Source of the DNA: an uncultured Anaerolineales bacterium
GTDB taxonomy: Bacteria > Chloroflexota > Anaerolineae > CG2-30-64-16
Assembly: GCA_964614645.1 (NCBI GenBank)
Contig: CAZTMA010000002.1
Location: 19,119 to 83,118 of the forward strand
Direction of reading: 5' to 3'
Length of the DNA: 64,000 nt
The notes below the pieces were generated by a model. It made no database searches. It was not told the origin of the DNA and saw only the letters and a list, made by a program, of their open reading frames with translations. Shown piece by piece: positions 19,976-29,843 of this stretch (position 1 is its first letter; each line of letters starts with the position of its first letter). Position numbers and translations under genes: made by a program.

Positions 19976-21418
19976 CTAAATGTGTATCGCCTGGCCCTCG
20001 ACCGCGTGAGCGGCTTCCATCAGCACTTCCGACAGGGTCGGGTGGGCGTGGACGGTGCGGGCGATCTCCTCGGTGGTCAGCTCCCAGGTATGCGCCAGCG
20101 CCAGCTCAGGCAGCAGCTCGGTGACTTCCGGGCCGACCAGGTGGGCGCCAAGGATCTCGCCGTACTTCGCGTCCGCGATAATCTTGACGAAGCCCTCGCG
20201 CTCGTTCAGCCCCAGCGCCTTGCCGTTCGCGATGAAGGGGAACTTGCCGACCTTGATCTCGTAGCCCTTTTCCTTCGCCTGCGCCTCAGTGTAGCCGATG
20301 GAGGCCACCTGTGGCTTGCAGTAGGTGCAGCGCGGCATGAAGGTGTAGTCCGCATCGCGGAGGGGCCGGGTCTCGTGACCGGCGATGTGCTCTGCGGCGA
20401 CCATGCCCTGCGCGCTCGCCACGTGGGCCAGCAGCAGCTTGCCGCTGACATCACCGATCGCGTACACGCCCTTGACGTTGGTGCGCATGTACTCGTCGAT
20501 CACGATGAACCCGCGCTTGTCGGTCTGCACGCCCGCGGCTTCCAGCCCGATGTTCTGGCTGTTCGGCGCCACACCGACGGCCACCAGCACCATGTCGGCC
20601 TCGATGGTTTGCTCTTCGTTGCTGCCCTGATCCTTGACGCGCACCTTTACGCCGGTGTCCGTGGTCTCCACCCCTTCGGTGCGCGTATTGACGAGCGTTT
20701 TGATGCCCTGGCGTTTGAACGCGCGCGCGACTTCGGTCGCGGTCTCGTCATCTTCGAGCGGCAGCACGTGGGGCAGCATTTCGATGACCGTCACCTCTGC
20801 GCCGTAGCTGCGGAAGACATAGGCGAACTCCATGCCGATGGCGCCGGCGCCGACCACCACCAGCCGCTTGGGCGCTTCGGTGAGCCCCAAGGCCTCGCGA
20901 TAGGTGATGATGCGCTTGCCGTCCACCTGCATGCCGGGCAGCGAACGCGGGTGATGCCCGGTCGCGATGATGATGTTCTTGCTGTCGAGCGTGCCGTCGA
21001 ACTTCTGGCCGTTGACCGCGGTGGCGTCCGGCGCCGCCTTGACCTCGACCTGGGTGGCCGACTTGAGGGTCGCCGTGCCCTGGTAAACGTCGATCTTGTT
21101 CTTGCGCATGAGCGACTGGATGCCTTTGACCAGGCGTTCGCTGACCTGCCGGCTGCGCTTGTGTGCGACGCTGTAGTCCATCTTGAGGTTATCGAAGCTG
21201 AACCCCAGGTCCTTGCCCTCACCCGTCAGAATGTTGGCGACTTCTGCGTTGTGGATGAGCGATTTGGTCGGGATGCAGCCGATGTTGAGGCACACGCCAC
21301 CCATGAACTCGCGCTCGACCAGCGCCACCTTCAGGCCCAACTGGGCCGCGCGGATCGCCGCCACATAGCCGCCGGGTCCGCCGCCGATGACGGTCACATC
21401 ATAAGCCGGATTTGCCAC
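19976..21418 (-). CDS. lpdA: Dihydrolipoyl dehydrogenase
   Basis: [23 protein letters not shown]...[13 protein letters not shown] redox-active disulfide. C-terminal [11 protein letters not shown] start preceded by AGGGAGGA. Confidence 0.95.
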   Translation of the reverse strand: MANPAYDVTVIGGGPGGYVAAIRAAQLGLKVALVEREFMGGVCLNIGCIPTKSLIHNAEVANILTGEGKDLGFSFDNLKMDYSVAHKRSRQVSERLVKGIQSLMRKNKIDVYQGTATLKSATQVEVKAAPDATAVNGQKFDGTLDSKNIIIATGHHPRSLPGMQVDGKRIITYREALGLTEAPKRLVVVGAGAIGMEFAYVFRSYGAEVTVIEMLPHVLPLEDDETATEVARAFKRQGIKTLVNTRTEGVETTDTGVKVRVKDQGSNEEQTIEADMVLVAVGVAPNSQNIGLEAAGVQTDKRGFIVIDEYMRTNVKGVYAIGDVSGKLLLAHVASAQGMVAAEHIAGHETRPLRDADYTFMPRCTYCKPQVASIGYTEAQAKEKGYEIKVGKFPFIANGKALGLNEREGFVKIIADAKYGEILGAHLVGPEVTELLPELALAHTWELTTEEIARTVHAHPTLSEVLMEAAHAVEGQAIHI

Positions 21419-21497
21419 TGAGTCCTCCCTTTGACGCTACAGCGCCCGCCCGTGCAGCCACGGGCGCAGCGCAAAGATAAAGCGATGCCAGACCTAC

Positions 21498-21526
21498 AGT
21501 CTACCAGTTTTGCCAGATAGTCACAA
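21498..21526 (-). promoter_or_regulatory. Sigma70-like promoter for the lpd-lipA operon
   Basis: Minus strand reads TTGTGA-N17-TAGACT, about 80 nt upstream of the lpd start. Confidence 0.45.
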
Positions 21527-21566
21527 ACTGTGTGTCCAGACCCTTGTCGCCATCAGCATAACGTAA

Positions 21567-21601
21567 AGAGCGCAAGGTGTCTGTAAGACCCTTTGCGCTC
21601 T
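21567..21601 (-). terminator. Terminator-like hairpin after the HdrD-like gene
   Basis: agagcgcaa...ttgcgctct inverted repeat just downstream of the stop at 21630. The U-tract is weak. Confidence 0.35.
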
Positions 21602-21629
21602 GGTAGGATTTGGCGGTTGCGCAGGTGTA

Positions 21630-23747
21630 TCAGTCGATTGCGTCCGGCGGGGCCGGCTCTACGAGGGCCTCCGCGACGATCTCGGCGACGTCGCGGATGA
21701 CCAGGCTCTCTGCGTCCAGCGCGCCGCGCGCATCTTCCAGCATGATCAGGCAGAAGGGACACGCCACCGCGGCCTGCGACGCGCCGGTGGCCTGGATGTG
21801 GGCCAGCCGGTTGCGGTTCACCCGCACGTCGCCCTCCTCTTCCAGCCAGACGCGCGCGCCGCCCCCGCCGCAGCACATCGCCTTGTCGCGCGAGCGGGCC
21901 ATCTCGACCAACTGCATCCCGCCGGCCGCTACGAGCGCGCGCGGGGCCTCGTATTCGTCGTTGTAGCGGCCGAGGTAGCAGGGGTCATGGAAGGTGATGC
22001 GCTGACCCCGGTCATGATCCGGCTGCACGCGGATGTTCTGCTCGGCCAGCAGCGCCTCGATGTACTGCGTGTGGTGCATGACCTGGAAGTTGCCGCCGAA
22101 CTGCCCGTACTCGTTGAGCAGCGTGTTGTAGCAGTGCGGGCACTGCGTGAGGATGACCTTGAACTTGTACTGCTTGAGCGTCTCGATGTTGGCCTGGGCC
22201 AACTGCTGGAAGAGGTACTCGTTGCCCGCGCGCCGGGCCGTGTCGCCGGTGCAGGTCTCTTCTTCGCCCAGGATGGCGTAGTTGACGCCCGCAGCGTGCA
22301 GGATCTGCGCCAGCGCCCGCGTCACCTTCTGGTTGCGCGGGTCGTAAGCGCCTGCGCAGCCGACCCACCACAGGACATCCGCCTCGCCCACGTTGGCCAT
22401 GACCGGCACCTCGAAGTTGAGGGCCTGCGTCCATGCGGTCCGCTTGCGGCGGGATTGCTTCCAGGGGTTTCCTGAACGCTCGATGTTCGTCAGGGTGGTC
22501 GCCAGGCTCGACGGGATGTCGCCCTCCATCAGCGCGAGGTAGCGGCGCATATCCACGATGGCGTCCACATGCTCGATGAGCACGGGGCACTCGGACACGC
22601 AGTTGTAGCAGGTCGTGCAAGCCCACAAGGTCTCCGGCTTGATGATGTCGCCGACCATCGCCATGCCGTTGGCGCGGCCATTGTCGGGGGACGCAGCTTG
22701 CGTCTTCTGTGTCTCTTGCGCCTCTTGCGTCGCCGCCGGGTTGTTGCCCTGGGCGCTGGCCGAGAGCTGCGGCGCGCGCGCCGTCATATAGTGCTGCAGG
22801 TCGAGGATGAGGTACTTGGGGTTGAGCGGCTGCTGCGCCTCGTAGGCCGGGCAGACGACCTGGCAGCGGCCACAATCGGTGCAGGCGTCGAGGTTGGCAA
22901 GCTGCGGCCAGGGGAAATCGGTCAGGCGGCTGGCGCCCAGGCGATCGGCCTGCTCCAGGTTGGGAATCGGCTTCAGCGCGCCCTTGTTGCGGAAGGGTGC
23001 CACGAAGATGTTGAACGGGGAGGTGAAGATGTGGGCCATGTTGGTCCACGGGATGAGCGCGAAGAAGCCGGCCACCGCGATGAAGTGGATCGTCCAGAGG
23101 CCCTGGTGCGCGACGCGCAGGCCGGGCTCCGAGCCGCCGCGGAACAGGAAGCTGATGGGGTAGCCGATGACCGAGAACGGCGCCCAGGCGGGCTGCTGGA
23201 TGGCGAGCCGCAGCGCCTCAACGACCAGGCCGCTGAGCAGGATGAAGGCGAGCAGCGGCAGCGTTGTGTTGAACCGCCAGTCGATGTTGAGGCGCGGTGC
23301 GCGCTGGATGTACCGGCGATAAGCCGCCATGCCGAGACCGACGAGACCGAACAGCGCGGCCAGGTCCAGCACGACCTTGTAGAACAGGTAGAAGCCGCCC
23401 TTGAGCAGCTTGGCATCGAATAACAGCTCGAAGACATCCGCGTCGAGCGAGGCGAGGACCGTGCCGATGAAGAGCAGCACCATGGCCCAGAAGATGCCGA
23501 GGTGCATGGCGGCGGGGTAGCGCTGGCGGAGGATGCGAAGCTGCGCGACGGCATAGGTGAAGACGCGGCCCAGGCGGGCGAGCGGGCGGTCAAACGCAAC
23601 TTGCGGTTGGCCGCTGCGCCAGAGCCGGTAGCGCCGGAGCAGGCCCCATCCCATGACCAGCACGGAGAGGCCGATGGTGACGAACATGAACACCCGGAGG
23701 GGGATGCCGATGTTGTAGTAGCCGAAGCGCCAGGGGATGTTCTCCAT
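21630..23747 (-). CDS. Membrane-anchored Fe-S oxidoreductase (NarI/DsrM-like TM domain, 2x[4Fe-4S] ferredoxin and two CCG domains; HdrD/DsrK/GlpC family)
   Basis: About 6 N-terminal TM helices. CTDCGRCQVVCP and CTTCYNCVSECP. CCG-type motifs CPHCYNTL, HDPCYLGR, CCGGGG. Confidence 0.8.
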   Translation of the reverse strand: MENIPWRFGYYNIGIPLRVFMFVTIGLSVLVMGWGLLRRYRLWRSGQPQVAFDRPLARLGRVFTYAVAQLRILRQRYPAAMHLGIFWAMVLLFIGTVLASLDADVFELLFDAKLLKGGFYLFYKVVLDLAALFGLVGLGMAAYRRYIQRAPRLNIDWRFNTTLPLLAFILLSGLVVEALRLAIQQPAWAPFSVIGYPISFLFRGGSEPGLRVAHQGLWTIHFIAVAGFFALIPWTNMAHIFTSPFNIFVAPFRNKGALKPIPNLEQADRLGASRLTDFPWPQLANLDACTDCGRCQVVCPAYEAQQPLNPKYLILDLQHYMTARAPQLSASAQGNNPAATQEAQETQKTQAASPDNGRANGMAMVGDIIKPETLWACTTCYNCVSECPVLIEHVDAIVDMRRYLALMEGDIPSSLATTLTNIERSGNPWKQSRRKRTAWTQALNFEVPVMANVGEADVLWWVGCAGAYDPRNQKVTRALAQILHAAGVNYAILGEEETCTGDTARRAGNEYLFQQLAQANIETLKQYKFKVILTQCPHCYNTLLNEYGQFGGNFQVMHHTQYIEALLAEQNIRVQPDHDRGQRITFHDPCYLGRYNDEYEAPRALVAAGGMQLVEMARSRDKAMCCGGGGARVWLEEEGDVRVNRNRLAHIQATGASQAAVACPFCLIMLEDARGALDAESLVIRDVAEIVAEALVEPAPPDAID

Positions 23748-23783
23748 GTGACTCCGCTCCTTCGCGAGCCAGTATGGCGGTTT

Positions 23784-23849
23784 GCCTCACCCCCCGACCC
23801 CCTCTCCTGAGAACGTTCGTTCTCAGGAGAGGGGGCCGGGGGGTGAGGC
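23784..23849 (-). repeat. 66-bp near-perfect palindrome (32-bp arms) between mrp and the HdrD-like gene
   Basis: gcctcaccccccgaccccctctcctgagaacg / cgttctcaggagagggggccggggggtgaggc. The single arm difference is an A.C mismatch on the plus strand and a G.U wobble on the transcribed minus strand. Confidence 0.85.
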
Positions 23850-23864
23850 CAATCTCTGCGGAAC

Positions 23865-24962
23865 CTACATCTCCAGCTTGATCGGCGTGCGGGGCGCGGC
23901 GGGCCGTTGCGCGTTGAGCACGCTCACCTGCGCGGCCACGCGCTGCGCGATGTCGCGGAAGACGACAGCCTGTTCGGTGTCCGGGCAGCAGGCGACGACC
24001 GGCTCACCCTGATCGCCGCTCTCGCGGACGATGGACGCCAGCTGCACGCGACCCAGGAACGGTACGCCGAGCTTCTTCGCCGCGGTCTCGCCGCCGCCGA
24101 CGCCGAAGACATCGCCGGCCATGTTCTCGATGATGCCCATGATGGGCACTTCCAGCCGGTTGAACGCGGTGATGCCGCGCATCGCGTCGGCCAGCGCCAC
24201 GGCCTGCGGGGTCGTGACAATCACGCCGCCCGTCAGCGGCACGGGCTGAGCGAGGCTCATCTGCGCGGCGCCCGTGCCCGGCGGCAGGTCCACGATGAGG
24301 TAGTCCAACTGGCGGTCGTCCGGGTTGGCGGCCTGCGGGTCACCCCAGGCGACGTCGGTGAGCAATTGCTGGATGGCCTTGTGGAGCATCGGCCCGCGCC
24401 AGACGAGCGCCTCGCCGTCGGGCACGAGGAAGCCGATCGACATCACCTGGATGCCGTGGGCCTCCGCAGGGACCATCTTCTCGTTCTCCACGCCGGGCAT
24501 GTTGGTGACGCCCATGACGATCGGCACGTTGGGGCCATAGATGTCCGCGTCGAGGATGCCGACGCGCGCGCCCATCTGCCCGAGGGCGACGGCCAGGTTC
24601 GCAGCGACGGTGGTCTTGCCGACCCCGCCCTTGCCGCTGGCGACCGCGATGATGTTCTTGATCGGCACGTCGAGCTTGGCGCCGATGCGATTGTCGGCGC
24701 GCACCTGCGCGTCGAACTTGACGCTGACCCGCTGGACGCCGGGCAGCTTGGCGACTGCGGCCTGCGCTTCGCTCTCAATCTGGCTGCGCAGCGGGCACGC
24801 GGGGGTCGTCAGTGTGATCGTGAAACTCACGTCGCCGTCGTGGATCTCGATGTCCTTGACCATGTTCAGGGTCACGAGGTCCTTGTGTAGCTCCGGCTCC
24901 TGGACAGTCTTCAGGGCGCCGAGCACCATGTCCTTGGTAACAGTCTTGGGTTTGCCAAACAT
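23865..24962 (-). CDS. Mrp/NBP35 (ApbC) Fe-S cluster carrier ATPase with N-terminal DUF59-like domain
   Basis: [16 protein letters not shown] (DUF59-like). Deviant Walker [19 protein letters not shown]. CPxC-like ...PVVACCPD. Confidence 0.85.
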   Translation of the reverse strand: MFGKPKTVTKDMVLGALKTVQEPELHKDLVTLNMVKDIEIHDGDVSFTITLTTPACPLRSQIESEAQAAVAKLPGVQRVSVKFDAQVRADNRIGAKLDVPIKNIIAVASGKGGVGKTTVAANLAVALGQMGARVGILDADIYGPNVPIVMGVTNMPGVENEKMVPAEAHGIQVMSIGFLVPDGEALVWRGPMLHKAIQQLLTDVAWGDPQAANPDDRQLDYLIVDLPPGTGAAQMSLAQPVPLTGGVIVTTPQAVALADAMRGITAFNRLEVPIMGIIENMAGDVFGVGGGETAAKKLGVPFLGRVQLASIVRESGDQGEPVVACCPDTEQAVVFRDIAQRVAAQVSVLNAQRPAAPRTPIKLEM

Positions 24963-24984
24963 TAGTTTGTTGATGCTCCGTATT

Positions 24985-26325
<1,341 letters not shown>

Positions 26326-26380
26326 GGCCGCGCGCCTTCTGGCGCGGCCCTGCCGCCCCACTTCGTACACCTGCCCATGC

Positions 26381-26737
26381 CTACTCCTCGACCACTTCGA
26401 CGGGTTCTTCTTCGACGACGGGTTCACCGGCCAGGTAGGCATCGATGTCGCGGCGGGCCTTGAGATAGAGCAAGACGAGGTCTTCGTCGGAGCCTTTGAA
26501 CTGCATGACGGTCTGTGTGGCGCAGAGCTGGCAGCCGCGCATGTACTTGAAGCTGCCCTCATGGCACTTGACACAGCCGTTCAGCCTGACCATCATCAAC
26601 GAGAACGCCAGGCTGTCGGGTTCAGTCTCTGCCAGTCTGGCAACGCGTGTGACCAGCGCCGCCCAGTCGGGTCCGCGCAGGTCACGGAGCGATGGAATGA
26701 GGCGCGGAGGAAATAGTAATTCGGCCTTAGGATACAT
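26381..26737 (-). CDS. Small cysteine-knuckle protein (CxxC-x13-CxxC), unknown function
   Basis: ...NGCVKCHEGSFKYMRGCQLCATQ... followed by an acidic tail EEEPVEVVEE. Coding-like codon bias, tight spacing in the operon, no obvious SD. Confidence 0.5.
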   Translation of the reverse strand: MYPKAELLFPPRLIPSLRDLRGPDWAALVTRVARLAETEPDSLAFSLMMVRLNGCVKCHEGSFKYMRGCQLCATQTVMQFKGSDEDLVLLYLKARRDIDAYLAGEPVVEEEPVEVVEE

Positions 26738-26751
26738 AACAACGTGCCTGT

Positions 26752-27219
26752 CTAGAAGTTAATTGCTACATTCGGCGCTTTGACGCCGGTGGCGGGCCCG
26801 ATTGAGCCGCCGCTATCGCCTGAAACCAGGCCATTGAGCGCGCCCATCAGGGCAGACTGGTCGATGCCGTAGGACTGGCAGGCGCCTTCGAGCGTATCGA
26901 CATCGCTGACGGCGCAGTGCGAGCAGCCGCCCAGGTGAAAGCTGGCGAGCACCTCGCGCACCTTCGGGTGCACGTCCATGGCTTCAGCAATGGTCATGCC
27001 CGGGCTGAAGATGACCTCGCCCGACTGCCGGCGCAGGTTCAGTTTGACTTCGCCCAGTTTTTCATCCAGACGTTCATTGGCTTCGGCAAGCGTGCCACGC
27101 AACTCGTAGATGGAGCTGGTCGTCCGGTCCAGTCGTTCCTGGAGGCTGCTCACGCGGCGGAAGGCCAGGGCAGCGACGAGGACGGCAACGAGGGCTACGA
27201 TCAGCGCTAAGGTTGTCAT
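26752..27219 (-). CDS. Membrane-anchored DUF1858 / hybrid-cluster-protein-associated redox-disulfide domain protein
   Basis: ATG 27219 preceded by AGGAG. N-terminal [21 protein letters not shown], then a coiled region, then [46 protein letters not shown]. Confidence 0.65.
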   Translation of the reverse strand: MTTLALIVALVAVLVAALAFRRVSSLQERLDRTTSSIYELRGTLAEANERLDEKLGEVKLNLRRQSGEVIFSPGMTIAEAMDVHPKVREVLASFHLGGCSHCAVSDVDTLEGACQSYGIDQSALMGALNGLVSGDSGGSIGPATGVKAPNVAINF

Positions 27220-27307
27220 CGGTTGGTTCTCCTTATAGATGGGCATACTGCAAGCGTTGCGCTCGGCCTCTGCGGCTGGCAGGGTGAGCGCGGCGCCACG
27301 GCTTGCC

Positions 27308-27991
27308 TCATGTGACGGTCAGTGTCTCGCCGGGCTGCAGGATGACGGGCGTGGCCGCGGTCTGCGCCCTCACGGCCTCGGCAACAGCCTGGGCATCCTG
27401 GGCAATCGCACCGAAGGTGTTGTAGTGCATCAGGACGGCCAGCTTCGGCTGCAGGAAGCCGGTCGCCTTGACGGCATCCTCGGGTCCCATGGTGAAGTTG
27501 TCACCGATGGGCAGCATCGCGACGTCGATGCCTTCTTCGCCGTACAGCCTCATGTCGTAGGTCAGCGCAGTGTCGCCGGCGAAGTACAGCACCTTGCCCT
27601 CCAGCCACAGCAGGAACCCGCAGGGATTGCCGCCGTAAGAGCCATCCGGGAAGCTGGAGCCGTGATGCGCGATGGTCAGCTTGACCTTGCCGAACGGGAA
27701 CACGCGCGCGCCGCCGATGTGCATCGCATGGGCCTCAATCTTATGCTTGCCCATGTAGTTGGCGATTTCGAAGTTGCTGATGACCTCCGCGCCGGTGCGG
27801 CGGGCAATCGGCACCGCGTCGCCCAGGTGGTCGCCGTGCGCGTGTGAGATCAGGATATAGTTGGCCTTGACCTGCTCCGGCTTCACGTCGGCCATCGCAT
27901 TGCCCGACAGGAACGGGTCAATCAGCAGGTGCGTGCCGCCGGTCTCGATGCTGAAGCAGGAGTGGCCGTGATAGGTAAGTTTGACTGTCAT
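27308..27991 (-). CDS. UPF0173-type metallo-beta-lactamase-fold hydrolase
   Basis: [31 protein letters not shown] and [10 protein letters not shown]. Confidence 0.85.
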   Translation of the reverse strand: MTVKLTYHGHSCFSIETGGTHLLIDPFLSGNAMADVKPEQVKANYILISHAHGDHLGDAVPIARRTGAEVISNFEIANYMGKHKIEAHAMHIGGARVFPFGKVKLTIAHHGSSFPDGSYGGNPCGFLLWLEGKVLYFAGDTALTYDMRLYGEEGIDVAMLPIGDNFTMGPEDAVKATGFLQPKLAVLMHYNTFGAIAQDAQAVAEAVRAQTAATPVILQPGETLTVT

Positions 27992-28332
27992 GCTGACCTT
28001 CCACGCGGCTTGGCCGCGCGCCGTCTGCTGCGCGCATCTGATCCGGATGTCTCTCGCCCTTTGGTCTTGGACTTGGGAAATAGCGTGATGATTGTACGCA
28101 GAGCGCGATTCACGGATTCAGAGTCGGGAAAGTATGCCTGGACATCCGGCTCCAAAACGATAGTGTTCTCTGGCGGCACCTGGGTCACTGTAACCGTACC
28201 GTCAGCATGCTCCTCGCGGATGGTGTAGCCTTCTCTCAAGGCAGGGCGATAGGCTGAGCCCCGTTCGGCGCCCGAAAAATCGTACTCTGCTCTCATTTCA
28301 CCATCAGCATCGGATTCAATATCCTTCTTCAT
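27988..28332 (-). CDS. brnA: BrnA-type antitoxin
   Basis: MRAEYDFSGAERG... signature. Overlaps the brnT stop. Its TGA overlaps the ATG of the MBL gene. The last ~25 codons run into GC-rich host-like DNA. Confidence 0.7.
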   Translation of the reverse strand: MKKDIESDADGEMRAEYDFSGAERGSAYRPALREGYTIREEHADGTVTVTQVPPENTIVLEPDVQAYFPDSESVNRALRTIITLFPKSKTKGRETSGSDARSRRRAAKPRGRSA

Positions 28333-28612
28333 ACAGCCTCCGCTCAATCATTGTAGCAGGGCGGCTGCTAATGATCCGTAAGGTGCTGCCCCTCTCTACA
28401 TAAACAACGACCAGAAGCCGTCCGCGCTTGTCACGCCCCAGCGCCACCCACCGCTCCTCCTGATCCGAGTGATCGGGGTCAGGGATATGGGCCGCCAGCG
28501 GATCAAGGAATACCGTAGCGGCATCTCGAAAATGAACCTTGTGCTTGCGATAGTTCGCTTCGGCCTTTTCCGAATCCCAGGTGAATGAGAGTTCATCCGT
28601 GCCGTTCGGCAT
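28316..28612 (-). CDS. brnT: BrnT-type (DUF497) ribonuclease toxin
   Basis: FTWDSEKAEANYRKHKVHFRDAATVFLDP...RIISSRPATMIERRLYEE. Local G+C is clearly lower than the flanks. Confidence 0.8.
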   Translation of the reverse strand: MPNGTDELSFTWDSEKAEANYRKHKVHFRDAATVFLDPLAAHIPDPDHSDQEERWVALGRDKRGRLLVVVYVERGSTLRIISSRPATMIERRLYEEGY

Positions 28613-28617
28613 GGTAA

Positions 28618-29832
28618 CTACTTCTGTTCACCGCTCTGGCCGGCCTTGGCGGCGCGGCGGGCGGCGGCTTCCGCCTTGAGCCGCTCGATTTCCTCCGGTG
28701 TGCGTTTCGCGCCAACACCGGCGGTCGGGGCAGCCGGCGGCTCAGCAGCGGGCGGAGGTGCTGGTGCAGGCGGTTCGGGCGCGGCGGCTGCCGGCGTTTC
28801 ACCGGCCGCCTTCGCGGCGCGCCGCGCCGCAGCTTCGGCCTTCAGCCGCTCGATCTCCTCCGGTGTGCGCTTCGCGCCAACACTGGGCGCCGCGGCCTCT
28901 GCAGGCGCAGGCGGTTCGGGCGCCGCGGCTGCCGGCGTCTCACCTGCAGCCTTTGCAGCGCGCCGCGCGGCAGCTTCCGCCTTCAGCCGCTCGATTTCCT
29001 CGGGCGAGCGTTTGGCGCCTGCTGTCGGGGCAGCGCCCGCTGCCGGCGCAGCGGCTTCCGTCGGGGCGGCCGGCGCCTCGCCAGCCGGAGTCTCGCCCGC
29101 GGCCTTTGCAGCGCGCCGCGCGGCCGCTTCGGCCTTCAGCCGCTCGATCTCCTCCGGCGAACGCTTGACCGGCGCAGCCGGTTCGACCGCAGCAGGCGCA
29201 GCCGCAGCGGGTGCGGCAGGCGCGGCGGCTGCCGGCCTGGCCGCCGGCTTAGCTGCCGCCTTCTCTGCTTCCTTCGCCTTGCGCGCGGCTTCTTCCTCCG
29301 CCCAGTCGGTCGGGCGAATGCTCGCATAGTAGGTCGTCGGCACGCGCAGCTCACGCAGGTCGAAGATGAGCTGCGGCATCCGCTCGTAGGCCGCGATCTC
29401 GTAGTCGTGGTTCATCTTGATCGCGTCGAAGGGACAGAACTCCGCACACAGCCCGCAGTTCATGCAGATGGTCGTGTCGATGTAGAACTCGGCAGGCCGG
29501 GTGATCGGTTTGCCCTTCTCGTCCTTGTCGCGCACGATCCAGATGCACTGGGGCGGGCAGACCTTCGCGCAGATGCCGCACGCGGTGCAGCGATCCTCGC
29601 CCGTTTCCGCCTCGTAGATGAGCATCGGGATATAGCGGAACTGCTCCGCGACCTTGCGGCGCTCCTCGGGATACTGAATCGTAAACAAGCCCTCAGGCGG
29701 CACTTCGGTCTGGTCCAGCAACTTGCGACCGCCCGCGTACCGGCTGGGGATGCGCTTGAAGTCATCGACATAAGTGGCTACGAATTGCTTGAGCGTGACG
29801 CCCAAGCCCTTGAGCACACCGGATCCAAACAT
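28618..29832 (-). CDS. nuoI: NADH-quinone oxidoreductase subunit I with ~230-aa repeat-containing C-terminal extension
   Basis: GVLKGLGVTLKQF, CTACGICAKVCPPQC and CMNCGLCAEFCPFD (2x[4Fe-4S]). After about aa 175 come four copies of KR[ST]PEEIERLKAEAAARRAAKA separated by Ala/Pro-rich spacers. Confidence 0.9.
   Translation of the reverse strand: MFGSGVLKGLGVTLKQFVATYVDDFKRIPSRYAGGRKLLDQTEVPPEGLFTIQYPEERRKVAEQFRYIPMLIYEAETGEDRCTACGICAKVCPPQCIWIVRDKDEKGKPITRPAEFYIDTTICMNCGLCAEFCPFDAIKMNHDYEIAAYERMPQLIFDLRELRVPTTYYASIRPTDWAEEEAARKAKEAEKAAAKPAARPAAAAPAAPAAAAPAAVEPAAPVKRSPEEIERLKAEAAARRAAKAAGETPAGEAPAAPTEAAAPAAGAAPTAGAKRSPEEIERLKAEAAARRAAKAAGETPAAAAPEPPAPAEAAAPSVGAKRTPEEIERLKAEAAARRAAKAAGETPAAAAPEPPAPAPPPAAEPPAAPTAGVGAKRTPEEIERLKAEAAARRAAKAGQSGEQK
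28640..29175 (-). repeat. Four imperfect in-frame tandem repeats (periods about 141-166 bp) inside nuoI
   Basis: gccttcagccgctcgat[c/t]tcctc... recurs at about 28672, 28838, 28979 and 29132. Confidence 0.85.
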
Positions 29833-29843
29833 GATTGCCTCCG

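Noticed and set aside
28640-29175. Regularly spaced ~150-bp repeats that could be mistaken for a CRISPR-like or satellite array. This also covers the Ala-rich antisense ORF 28646-29329 (+).
   Set aside because: The repeats are in frame within nuoI and encode a conserved charged peptide with variable Ala/Pro spacers. The repeat and spacer sizes and the lack of short palindromic repeats do not fit CRISPR. The antisense ORF is a compositional artefact.
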